DNA of 64,000 bases from Glaucostegus cemiculus (Eukaryota): NCBI GenBank assembly GCA_976551045.1, contig CDPCPM010000458.1:2232001-2296000 (forward strand), given 5' to 3'. The position numbers were made by a program, and so were the translations under genes. Shown piece after piece: positions 37,677-49,190 of the stretch. Numbering within the stretch: position 1 is the first letter of the stretch; the number at the start of each line of letters is the position of its first letter. Below the pieces are notes generated by a model, which was given only the letters and a program-made list of their open reading frames with translations, did no database searches and had not been told where the DNA came from.

Positions 37677-38521
37677 TGATCAAGAAAAAAAATGAAGCAT
37701 TTGACAAGTGCAGGTAACTGGAATCAAGCAAATACCTTGAGGAATAGAGAGGGTATAGAAGAGAACTTAACAAAGAAATTTGAAGGGCACAAAAAGGCCA
37801 TGAAATATCCTTGGCAGATAAGATTAAGGAGAATCTTAATATAAATATATTAGGAGCAAGAGAGTCACTAGAGGAAGAGTGGTTCCCTCAGGAACCAAAG
37901 GGGTATTCTATGTGTGGAGTCAAGTGAGGTTCAAGCTGAATACTTCTCATCTATATCAACCAAGGAGAAGGACGTGGCAGATAGTGAGTTCAGGGAGGGA
38001 TATGTTGACAGTCTGGAGCATGTCAGTCGTAAGGAGGTAGAGGTATTAATATCTTGGATCACAAAAGGGTGGATAAATCTTCAGGGTTGGATGAGATTTA
38101 TCCCAGAATGCTATGGGTGACAAGGACAGAGGTAGCTGGGGCCCTGACGCAGGTTTTTGTATCTCTGTTAGTTATAGGTGAAGTTGCAGAAAACTGGAAG
38201 ATAGCTAACATTGTACCTTTATTTGAGAAGGACAGCAGTTATAAGCCTAGCAACTACAGGCCAGTGAACTGTAAGTCAATGGTAGGGAAATTATTGGAAA
38301 AAATTCTAAGGGACAGGATTTATGTACATTTGGAAAGGCAGAAAGTTATGGATAATCAGTATGGCTTTGTGCAGGGGAAGTCCTGCCTCCATAACTAGTT
38401 TTATGAGAAGGTAACAAAGGAGACTGATGAAGGCAGGGCAGTGGATATTGTCTATATGAACTTTAATAAAGCATTTGACTAAGTCCAACATGGTGAGCTG
38501 GGCCAGAAGGTTAAGGCACAA

Positions 38522-38651
38522 GAGATCCATTGTGAGCTGGCTGATTGGAGATCCATTGCGAGTTGGCTGATTGGAGATCCATTGCGAGTTGGCTGATTGG
38601 AGATCCATTGCGAGTTGGCTGATTGGAGATCCATTGCGAGTTGGCTGATTG
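38522..38651. repeat. 26-bp tandem repeat x5 (GAGATCCATTGCGAGTTGGCTGATTG) inside CR1 RT
   Basis: Units start at 38522, 38548, 38574, 38600 and 38626. Confidence 0.95.
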
Positions 38652-39137
38652 GATCCAAAACTTGGTGATAGGAAGCACAGAGTAATGGTGGTTGGATATT
38701 TTTCTGACTGGAAGTGTGACCAGTGGTGTATGGCATGGATCGGTGCTGGGACCCTTGCTGTTTGTCAAATATATTAATGACTTGGATGGGAATGTAAAAG
38801 GTATGATCAGTAAGTTTGCAGGTGACACAAAAACTGAGGTGTTGTAGACCGCGAGGAAGGTTGTCTAAGTCATAGATCAGACGGAAAATTGAACAGAGCA
38901 CTGACAGATGGAATTTAATCTTGACAAGTGTGAGGTGATGCATCTTGGGACGTCGCATAGGGGTAGGACAAACACAGTAAATGGCAGGGCACCAGGGAAT
39001 GTTGATGAACAGAGGGACCTTGGGCTCTAAATTCATTGTTCCCTGAAAGTGGCTGTACAAAAGACAGTGTGGTATAGAAGGTGTCTGGCATGCTTGCCTT
39101 CATAAATTCAGGCACAGAGTGTAAGAGTTGGGACATT

Positions 39138-39427
39138 TGTCATGATTCTGAGTACTGGCCCTTGATTTGGTTCCTTAGATGCCTCGTTGTACAGCACATG
39201 GATTCCATGCTGGACTGATTGCATAATGACACACACCTGAGCCCCATTAGGGGCCTAGCATAAGAAGATTCAGTTTGTGTTGGGATTACTACTCAGATCT
39301 CTGAGGCAAGATTGCCTTCTAGTTGCTGCCTGTGTCTGGTCCTGAGGAAGTATCCTGACCCCAGTCTTGTACCAGTGAGCTGCATTTGGGTTCTCTGTGA
39401 GCTTGCTCTTCAATCAACATTGTGACA
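39138..39427 (+). mobile_element. Solo LTR, family A, copy 4 (opposite orientation, ~115-bp internal deletion)
   Basis: TGTCATGATT...ATTGTGACA; TSD ACATT/ACCTT (1 mismatch); splits CR1 codons KSWDI|VLQLYK. Confidence 0.9.
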
Positions 39428-39703
39428 ACCTTGTGTTGCAACTTTACAAAACAGTGGTTAGGCCATACTTGGAACATCAGGTACCGTTCTCATTGCCACA
39501 CTATAGGAAGGATGTGATTGCACTGGAGAGAGTGCAGAGGAGATTCACCAGGATTTCACTTGGATTGGAGGACTTTAGTTATGGGCAGAGATTGGACTGG
39601 CTGTACTTGTTTTCCCTGAAGCAAAGGAGGCTGGGGAGTGATCTGATACCGGATCTTCACAGCCCGGCTGCAAGTGTGACCAAGCTGAGGGACAGCAGCA
39701 CCC

Positions 39704-40424
39704 ATAGAACATAGATGCCTACAGCACAATTCAGGCCCTTCGGCCCACAAAGCTGTGCCGAACATGTTCCCACACTATTAGGCTTACCCATAACCTTCTA
39801 TCTTATTTACCTCCATGTACCTATCCAACAGTCTCTTGAAAGACCCTAATGTATCTGCCTCCACCACCATCTCTAGCAGCCCATTCCACGCACTCACCGC
39901 TCTCTGAGTAAAAAAACTTACCCCTAACATCTCCCCTATAACTTCTCCCCAACACCTTAAACCTATGTCCTCTTGTGGCCACCATTTCAGCCCTGGGGAA
40001 AAGCCTTTGACTATCTACCCTATCCATACCTCTCATCATCTTATATAACTCAATCAGGTCCCCCCTCATCCTCCTCCTCTCCAAGGAGAAAAGGCCGAGT
40101 TCCCGCAACCTGCTCTCATAAGGCATGCTCCTCATTCCAGGCAGCATCCTCGTAAACCTCCTCTGCACCCTCTCTTTAGCTTACACATCTTTCCTGTAGT
40201 GAGGTGACCAGAACTGAACACAATACTCCAGGTGGGGTCTGACCAGGGACCTATACAACTGAAGCATTACCTCCCTACTCCTAAATTCAATCCCTTGACC
40301 GATGAAGGACGATACACCATACGCCTTCTTAACCACAGAGTCAACCTGCGCAGCCACCTTGAGCGTCCTATGGACTTGGACCCCAAGATCCCTCTGATCC
40401 TCCACACTGCCAAGAGTCTTACCA
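39704..40424 (-). mobile_element. Young 5'-truncated CR1 LINE
   Basis: ORFs 40181..40462 and 39821..40168 (QRDLGVQVH..LYRSLVRPHLEYCVQFWSPHYRKD; QRRFTRMLPGM). CpGs retained; tail CTATGTTCTATG. Confidence 0.95.
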
Positions 40425-40928
40425 TCACTCCACGCTGTCACTGGTCTCTGCATGGAGCCCAACAGCAGAGCGAAATTGTGTTAAAATACCCCAGCTCTCC
40501 CTGGGGAGTCGACCTCAGTGATTCTGCAGCACCTGGATCTTGTGTAGCATTAGAATTCCTGAGCACTTGAGTGGCTATTCCTGACCTGAAGGTTAGGAAG
40601 AGAAACAGATGGTGAGTTATTATTTTATTTCTAATCTTATTTCATTTTAATGTCTTTACTTATTCATTAGTGTTGTAAAGGTGTTTTAATACAGTCTATT
40701 TTCCAATTTTTGTTAAAAAATTTAAAACCTTTCTAATTTTTTAAAGCAGTTTTTAGATATCCCTGTAGATCAGAGATGTTTACAAGCTTTAATAAATTCC
40801 TGACAACTTTGGAAGTGGGCAGGAGGCCATTCGCAGCCTTGCTTCCTAGCATTGGCACCAGAGAGTTCAGGGCTGAGCTCCTGAGGCCTTGCTTCACCCC
40901 ACTGGTGTCAGGGGCCAATGTTTCACCA

Positions 40929-41217
40929 GGCACGGTAGCCTAGTGGTTAGCATAATGCTTTACAGTGCCAGAGACCCGGGTTCAAATCCGGCCACTGTCT
41001 ATAAGGAGTTTGTACGTTCTCCCCTTGTCTGTGTGGGTTTCCTCCAGGTGCTCCGGTTTCCTCCCACATTCCAAAGATGTACAGGTTAGGGAGTTGTGGG
41101 CATGCTATGTTGGCGCTGGAAGCGTGGCGACACTTGCCCCCAAAAATGACTCGCAAAAGATGCATTTCACTGTGTGTTTCAATGTACATGTGACTAATAA
41201 AGATCTGATCTTATCTT
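40929..41217 (+). mobile_element. tRNA-derived V-SINE with Rex/Babar-type tail
   Basis: A-box TAGTGGTTAG, B-box GGTTCAAATCC, tail GTACATGTGACTAATAAAGATCTGATCTTATCTT. Confidence 0.92.
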
Positions 41218-41220
41218 GAT

Positions 41221-41415
41221 GGAACAAACTGTTCACTGGTGTTGGAAAGCTATGTCCACTAGTGTCAGAAACAGAGGTTCATCAGTGTTGGGAGCTTGTG
41301 TTCACCAGTATCAGTAACTGGTGTTTGCCAGTCAGGAACCAATGTCCACTGGTGTCAGAGGTCAATGTTCACTGGTTCTGGGAGGTAATGTTCACCCGTG
41401 TTGAGAACCAGTTGA
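41221..41415. repeat. Degenerate ~23-bp minisatellite (TGTTCACTGGTGTYRGRAGCCAA)
   Basis: About 8 diverged units; related units at ~40895-40928 on the other side of the SINE. Confidence 0.7.
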
Positions 41416-43559
41416 CTTTAGTGCTTCAGTAGGGTAGATGTGATCATGTTTGTTTGTACATCCGCCATCTCCATGTGTTAACTATCCACCCACTAGGAAT
41501 GTAGCCTCTGCCATTGAGTGCACAAGGTCAAAATTGGTTGTTTGCAGAGTCTTTGCCCTGGTACCTCAGTTTGCTCCGTGAGTTTCTGAGAAGGCTTGTT
41601 TGTGCTGTCATGAGTCAGGCTGGAAAGGTTCTCTTCCAATGGATAATATCAAGGTGCTAACAAGTCGGTCGTTATTGGCGTTATCTGTATGTTTTTCTGG
41701 TTTAGCAGGGGGGCGGCCTTGACCTGCTTCCATTCCTCTAACACCTTTCTGCTTTGGCTGATGCCTGTAAGAAGCTTGGCAGGTCTAACTTTCCTCCAAC
41801 CCCACTCTTACGTCAAACACTGGACAGAATTACGGAGCCTGGATGGTGGGCGGTGTTCCAACATATCATTCCCGCAGTGATCCTGGCTGGTGCCTTTGGG
41901 GAAAAATAGATGACTTGCTTATTATTGTTATTAGAGTCTGTGAGTTTTACTTCCTGACCAGGCTCTGCATGTGTTGTACATTCTGGCTGTTGAAGTAATG
42001 TCTTGTATGAAAACCTGCGTTTAGTACCATCTGAGTGTGTGATTATTCTGATGAGGGCCACATGACAGCTGCCACATTGCAGGTTGGTACTAAGAATCAG
42101 AAGCCAGCGGAGCACAGAGTGCTGCCAAGAGGAAGATCTCCTTCCTCATGTCTCTGCCCTTTGAGAGCTGCACTGCACTGAGAAGAAACATCAGAGATGT
42201 TCAGCATTTCAGTGATTCCCACATTACACCAATTGGGACTGAAAACAGAGGGACTCATTATTGCAAATATACATTGCATTGTCTCCTGTAATCTGATTCA
42301 GTCTGTCACAGATCAAAAACCCGACAAAACTGGGCTGTTTTGCTTAGTGTTTGGGTTGAGAAAATTTAATCATGATTCAAATACCTCTGTACCTTGGAAG
42401 TAAAATGTTCGGTGATCGTGGTTATGTTTGAAAAACGTTAAGAGTTGTGCCGTGGTAACTTAGCAACATCACTTGCATCCACCCTAAACAGTCATCCGCT
42501 GCTGTGTAAAACATTGCGGCTTCTGTCGGTCGAGATTAACCTTTTCAATAGAAAACAATGCTCAGAATGGAAATCTCCATCTACTTTGTGGTGTTGCCTT
42601 TTGGTAGTTTTCAGGCTAGGCAAACTAACAGGCTGGAGAGGAACAACGCCCCCATGATGGATGTGCCTGCAGCATGGCGTTCAGGTACTTCCCATCACAC
42701 CTATCATTCCCCGTCACTTTCCAAATCAGCCACTAACCAACTGTGAAAAGCAGAAAAGAACACAGAAGTCTCTGGCCATTAACTGGAGGAAATATTATGG
42801 CAAAATTCCTCTCAAGCAATTGAAACCAGCCCCAGTGATCACACTGACCAGCTATTATTCAAAAAGCCACCCACCTTCCAAATAATGGCATTTGTCCCTC
42901 TCAGTGCCTCCTTCCTGTTGAAAGAGTTGAAGGTGTCAGGAGAATAGGAACCCACTAATCCACCTGAGATTGCAGACAGAGGGTCATGTTCTTTGAGAAA
43001 AGGTGAACAACCAACCATACTGCTGTGTTTTCATAGATACAATCCTGGTCAGATTCCTCTGTATGCCATTCTTACTGGACATATTCTGGTGTGAGGCTTG
43101 GTCATCAGCTTCGCTGTGTTAAACATGAAGGGAAACGTTTCTGGGTTCAGGCTGGGGTCACCTGATTGGACGATTCTGTGAATACCCAGGTTTCCCCACA
43201 GATCTGCTCGGGTGGACTCTTGCGGGCTATGATCTATCTCACAAAGTTCCCAAGTGTTTGGTCAGTCAGAGTATCAAACACCCTGGGCATGAACAATTCC
43301 CCGATCCTATCAGTAAATTGAAGCAACTACAAACCTTTTTTCTTGTTTTATTTGCTGATCTGTTGGCTAGTTCAGCAAGGTCATGCTAAGAGCCCGAGGC
43401 TGTCCTTTGATGAGCACATGCCAGAGGTTATAAAATCTTTACTTGTGAGTGCTGAGGCAGCAACGCAACAGCAGTTACTGTTGGGGGAAGTTTCCAATCA
43501 CAGTCAAACTCCCCTCCACAGCTAGCAGCTGAAGCACACCGTCCCGGAAAAGGTGTCAG

Positions 43560-43850
43560 GCCCGGCTCAGTGCTGGTACCATCATCAATGTCTCCTGAAA
43601 TCATGGGTCTGTAACCCATCCCAGGGCCAATCACACAGTCCAGTACCGAGGGACTTTTGCACTGACAGAGCCATTTCTGAGGGGGAATGTAAAACTGAGA
43701 CCCTGTCTGCCCCTCAGGTGGCTGTGGAAGAAAAGGAGAGCTCCCCTTTCCCAAAATTACCGTCAACCAACATTACTGCAACAGGGTGGCTGGTCAAATG
43801 TTCATTTTTTTTTGCAATCACTGTGTCATAAAAGTGGTATCATTTCAAAC
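43560..43850 (+). mobile_element. Ancient Deu-domain SINE (SacSINE1-like)
   Basis: CAGTACCGAGGGA..TGCACTG...AAACTGAGACCCTGTCTGCCCCTCAGGTGG...TCAACCAACATTACT matches the recalled Deu core. Confidence 0.65.
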
Positions 43851-44631
43851 GTTGTTTGTTTGTCACTCTCTGTAACCCACAGGATCCTTGGTGCTGCTGC
43901 TTGCAAAGGCAGATAACGGGTAGAATGATCAACTGATCCTTTATTGTTCCTCTCAACTAATGCCAGTGACTGGTTCAACAATGGGTCAAAGGTCTTGGCA
44001 AATGGTACACTGAGGTACATTTACACATATACACTGCAATGCCTTCCCTTTAACTAAATAACAAACCTATTTGGACTATTGACTATAAAATATATAATCC
44101 ATCAACTCTTTGGAACAATACACAGTTGGGAAATCCACTAATATAAATTCACTCAATTACTTGGTCTTTGTTAAGTGAACTCTTCATGACAAGTTGCACG
44201 TAAACATCTGTGAGGTGTCCCTTCCAGGAAGAGTGAATCCTGTGATCTCTTCCCCAGGTGGACCTCTTTCACAGCTGGCCCCACATCTTCAATGAGTCAC
44301 AGAGTCACACAGCACAGGAAGGAGCCCTTCAGCTCAAGATTCCCATTCTGACTATCAAGTACCCATTTGTATTCATGCCTTTTTCCAGCACTTGGAATGT
44401 TTTCTGGGCCTCGGCAAATTAAGTGCTTGTCCAGGTACTGTAATCTCTGTAAGAAACACCTCCAACTGTCAACATAATAGTTTCCTTAACTGTGAGTATG
44501 TTGTCTTACACATTCTTATGCACTGTCTTCCTGCTGTTGACTGCATATACCATACTGCCCACATAAAATTTAACATGGGAATAGTAACAATAACAATTCT
44601 AGTTACAGTTATGTCATCAGGCATGGTATCA

Positions 44632-44926
44632 GACACAGTAGAATAGTGGTTAGCATAATGCCTTACAATGCCAGTGACCCAGGTTCAATTCCGGCCGCTG
44701 TCTGTAAGGAGTTTGTACGTTCTCCCCGTGTCTGTGTGGGTTTCCTCCGGGTGCTCCGGTTTCCTCCCACGTTCCAAAGACGTACAGGTTAGGAAGTTAT
44801 GGGCATGCTATGTTGGCGCCGGAGGCGTGGCAACACTTTGCGGGCTGCCCCCCAAAATCACTATTGCAAAAGTTGTATTTCACTGTGTGTTTCGATGTAC
44901 ATGTGATTAATAAAGATCTCACCTTA
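44632..44926 (+). mobile_element. tRNA-derived V-SINE with Rex/Babar-type tail
   Basis: Same consensus as 40929 and 60508; many CpGs retained. Confidence 0.92.
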
Positions 44927-45859
44927 TATCTGGTATATCGCTTGATGCTGTGAACTCAGTCACAATGGTGTCCACCTGGATTTTCTTCTTTGTGGCTGTT
45001 TTGCAATCTGTCTCTCCCTCCATCTTTCTGCAGCCTCCTTCCTGTTCTCCATTTTTAAGTGACAAATTTATCCCCCCTGATGGCCTTTCTGAGTTGTCTA
45101 AAAGGCTTTCTACCATGTCATGACTGTTTCCAGTCTGTCACTGTCTGGCTACACTCTGTTGGGCTGATGTTATTAGCAAGTCTGAACTTACTATGACATC
45201 CTGCATAGGTTCCTCATAGCTTTAGAACTATTGCCACAGTCTTTCTTAAAGCATTTTTCTAGTCTTTCTTAAAGCATCCAACTCTTGTTGATTCAGCCCA
45301 TGCAATAATTCTGCACACTAAATCATCTTATAGATGCTAACCCTTTTCCCAGAACTCATGCACTTCTCCATCAATATTGTCTGTACCAGACACCCCTCTG
45401 GTGTGCTTTATGAGGAGCCTTTGGCTTTTCACCTTGATTGTTGGCTCTTGCAATGATTTCTTCCAAACTGGCTCTCTGATTACAGACTCTTATTCTGGAA
45501 TATCTGCCATCGAGATTTGTGAATTATCTCATTGTTCTGATGTTGCCAATTCATTGTCAGTGATGCCTTTGATTTGGGATTTTCATAATGGATGGTGATC
45601 CAGTCACCTGGAACTCTCAACTCAGGGACACCTGACCTGGTCCATTTCTCTAGATTCCCTCTTACACGGCACAGTTACACTTCAGCCAACCCATGTGTTT
45701 AAAGGGATGGTAGTCTCTGACAGCGAGGAGATTAAGGAGTCATTCACATATGTGGAGGTTGGGGGGGGTAGTGCAAACGGACCACTGGTTCGGTGGGTTT
45801 AGGAGGCACTGAGGAATCTGCAGCTGGCAGACTCTGGAGACCAAGGTTACAGGCTACAG

Positions 45860-47185
45860 CTATCTACCTACTCTGAATGTCATCACCTTTCCCCTTACCA
45901 CCAACATGGTGGGTATCTCAACCATACCAGCCACACAAATACTGCGGTGGGTCATGAAAGTAGGTCAGAGGCTGGGTATTCTGTGGTAAGTAGTTCACTT
46001 CCTGACAGCCCAACACCTCCCGCCATCTCAGGGCACATCAGGAGTATGATGCAATACTTAACAACAACACTTCAAAAGCTCAATACCATCCAGGACAAAG
46101 CAGCCCAGAGTCAACTCCCCACCAGGCACCCAAAATGTAAATTAATTTCTCCACCAGCACATAGAACCTGCAGTGTGTAACGTCGACATAATGCACAGCA
46201 TTTACCTACCTGGACTGTACCAAATAGACCTCCCAAACCCAAGGCCGCTGTTCTGAGAAATCAACATGGCTGTCACGTGACAGTAGTGACACAGACCCCA
46301 GCTGACCTGAAGACAGTATTGCTCCTTCTAATTGAAGTCATCCCACTGTCAATCAAGGTGCAGCTCCACCCACCCCTCAGGAGGGAGAGTATCCCTTGAC
46401 CCCAGACCTGTCTGACCCGTTCTTTTGTCCTTGAACTCCTTTGACCATTGGCTGTGGCAGAGGCTTTTGTCCTTGACCTCTCCACTATTGGCTCCTTCAA
46501 ATCGTAACAGTAAGGCTCCACCCAGCCTTCCAGCACCATAAAAAGGGCTGAGACCCCAGCTCTCCCTCTTTCTACGGCCCTCGAAGTAGTGAGGTAACAC
46601 TACAGAGGCCTCTGGTAAGAGCGCTTTGCCACATGGTCAGGGAGTGTTCCACTCAGACTCCGGGTAGTGTTAGAGTCAATGTTAGGGTGGGCCCAGCATT
46701 GTAGTGTCATATTTTGAAGTTGTATATTGTTACTGAGTACTTGTGTGTATCAGCGTCTGAGTGTGCATGTGTATTTCATTGTGTATTTCGTGTGTGTGTG
46801 TTCCCATCCATCCTGTCCCATGTTCTGCATCTGTAATAAAGTTCTCCTTGTTGGCAAACAAGGCCGTGTCTAGAGTCCTTACTACTGTCAAGACCCACGC
46901 AAACCTTGCTCCCAACAGCCTCTATTGCCAAGAAGGACAATAGTTTCAGGCACATGGGAACACCACCAACTGCAGGTTCCTCTCAAAGTCCACATCATCC
47001 TGACTTGGAAATATATCGCTGGTCTTTCATCATCGCTGCATCTAAATTCTGGAACTCCTTCCCACAGCACTGTAGGGGTACCTTCACTAAGAGAATTTCA
47101 GTGGTTCAAGAAAGCAGCTGCCATCACCTTTACAGGAGAAATTATGGATAGACAGTAAATGCTGTCATTGCTAGTAATGTCCACC
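45860..47185 (+). mobile_element. RTE-X/Jockey-like LINE 3' portion, interrupted by solo LTR family B
   Basis: ORF 45947..46180 has IRSMMQY..TTLQKLNTIQDKAA. 3' end ATCCTGACTTGGAAATATATCGC...CAGTGGTTCAAGAAAGCAGC. Confidence 0.7.
46249..46917 (+). mobile_element. Solo LTR, family B (669 bp)
   Basis: TGTT...AACA termini; TSD GCCGC/GCCTC (1 mismatch); TATA-like CATAAAAA at 46537; AATAAA at 46835; interrupts a LINE. Confidence 0.8.
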
Positions 47186-47489
47186 TACGGCTTTACCAGT
47201 GTCTTCAGAATTAACCACTCATTAGTTCCTTCCTCTGAATTCTTGTTGTACATGCTGATTTGTAGCTCTCCAAACTCTCCAATGGTGACTGATCGAAGAT
47301 TTCCTTCAGATTGTCCCTCGAACCTTGTACAAGACCTCATCTGTAGTTGATGCTGCTGGTAGACTCTCCAACATCTCATGAGTCTCCAGTCTGACCACCC
47401 GCAGAAATCCACCTTCCTCTTCCTATGCACCTCGTTGTTGCTCTACTCTGTGTCCTCCCCACTACCTCCATAATAAGTGTTTCCCTCAA

Positions 47490-47785
47490 GGGCAACCTAG
47501 CTAGAAACCTCACAGCTTCCAGTGATCTGAGTTCAATCCTGACCTGAGGTTCTGTCTGTGTGGAGTTGGTGCATTCTCCCAGTTACCGCATGGGTTTCCT
47601 CCAGGTGCTCCAGTTTCCTACCACATCCTGAAGATGAGCTGGTTGGTCAGTTAAGTGACCACTCTAAATTGCCCCAAGTGTATAGCTGGGCAGTGTAACC
47701 TACAGGGAATTGATGGGAATGCAGGGAGAATAAAATGGGTTGATGTGGGCCGAAGGGCCTGAATTGTGCTGTAGGTGTTCTATGC
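47490..47785 (+). mobile_element. HE1-like V-SINE with CR1-type tail
   Basis: B-box GAGTTCAATCC, V core, tail GGGCCGAAGGGCCTG..TTGTGCTGTA..TGTTCTATG like the CR1 3' ends in the window. Confidence 0.8.
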
Positions 47786-47949
47786 AAGTTTAAAGAAATA
47801 AGTATTTGATGGTTGGCAGGGACCCCAAAGACCTACTTCCATGCTTTATGACCTTCATGGTCTCTATGACATTCGCACACAATCCCAATACAAGAATGGA
47901 TGAGTTTGCTCACAGTATACGCTCCCTGACACACCCATCTGCCCATCCC

Positions 47950-48270
47950 GGGGTTGAAATGTCTCATATTAGAGGGCATGCATTTCAAGTGAGGGGTTAA
48001 GTTCAAAGGAGATGTGCGGGACAGGTTCTTTTACACAGAGAGCGGTGGGAGCCTGGAATGCACTGCCTGGGGTGGTGGTGGAGGCAGATATAATTGAGGC
48101 ATTTAAGAGGCTCTTAGATCGACACAGGAATATGCAGAGCATGGTGGGATATGAACCATGTGCAGCCAGAAGGAATTAGTTTAATTTGGTGTCATTAGTT
48201 TAATTAATTTGGCAGAGTATTGCAGGCCAAAGGGCCTTTCACGGTGCTGTACAGCTCTATGTTCTATGTC
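47950..48270 (+). mobile_element. CR1 LINE 3' end
   Basis: RGHAFQVRG..FKGDVRDRFFTQRAVGAWNALPG; tail CTATGTTCTATG. Confidence 0.9.
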
Positions 48271-48799
48271 ACCGCTGCACCCAGAGAACCCCATTCACTG
48301 CGTCCTTCACACTGAGTCAATGTCCTGCCACACCCTCGAGCAACAATATCTCATCTTCATTACCAGTGTAGCAGCTGTGGAGTCTGGAGTACAAAGGAAG
48401 AGCAATCAATGGAACATGCTTTATTGATGACAATAAACGCTTAACTAAATAGCAGTGTCTGGAATTATAGTGTATCAAAAGAGACAGCAGATGATCGACT
48501 TAGTTTTTAAAGGTACACTTACACCTGTATACACTGAACAATTCACCCTGGAAAGCAGAAAGCTGTGAGCTGATTGGTGGAATTGAAACTTGAAGTTCCA
48601 GGAAAGATGAGCGCAGATTGGGTGGGGATTGGGGATGAGGGGAAGTTTGCAGTGACAGAGGGGTCAAGGGTTACTTTCTCAAGGGGAAGCAAATGTGAAG
48701 GAGGGGACAGTACCTGGGGAGACAGAAGCAATCACTGAGATGCAAAAACTGAGGGAGGAAGGTGGCCAACGATTTAATGAAATCACGACTACTATATCA

Positions 48800-49190
48800 G
48801 TTCTCCTTTCTCACCTTATTCCCCTATCCCTTGAATTCTAAGGATCTAGCCACTCACTCAGAAAGACATTCCCAGAAAGATCCAGAACTCTTGGGATGAA
48901 AAATGATATTGCTTCAGTCCTAAAGGGCTAAAAGATCTTGGAACAATGAGCCACAGTTCACATCTCCTATTGGAAGTAACACTTCTCTGTATCTATCCTG
49001 ATACACCCTTCATGTGTTTCAAAGGAATCTCCTCTCATTCTTCTAAATTCCAGGCAGCATAAACATATTTCACTCAATCTCTCCTCTCCTGATTGTCCTG
49101 TTACCCCAGGAATCAATCCAGTGAACCCTTGTTCCACTCTCTCCAAGGCTGGTATATCCTCCAAAGGTAGAGACCAAAAGTGTCCACTGA
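48800..49190 (-). mobile_element. Old CR1 fragment
   Basis: ORF 48967..49164 has DIPALERVEQGFTGLIPG...LEFRRMRGD. Confidence 0.8.

Larger units (their letters stand above)
37678..39650 (+). mobile_element. Long decayed CR1 ORF2 (RT) fragment, continuing from ~36590-36850
   Basis: ORF 38054..38398 has KSSGLDEIYPRML...WKIANIVPLFEK..NYRPV..QYGFVQGKSC. ORF 39397..39714 has LYKTVVRPYLE. Confidence 0.95.

Noticed and set aside
38522-38651. Regular repeats that might suggest a CRISPR array (also 7386-7469 and 41221-41415)
   Set aside because: Head-to-tail units with no unique spacers, in eukaryotic TE context, and no cas genes.
40560-40620. Strong splice donor ATG|GTGAGT at ~40612
   Set aside because: No convincing acceptor or coding frame upstream; an isolated donor is expected by chance.
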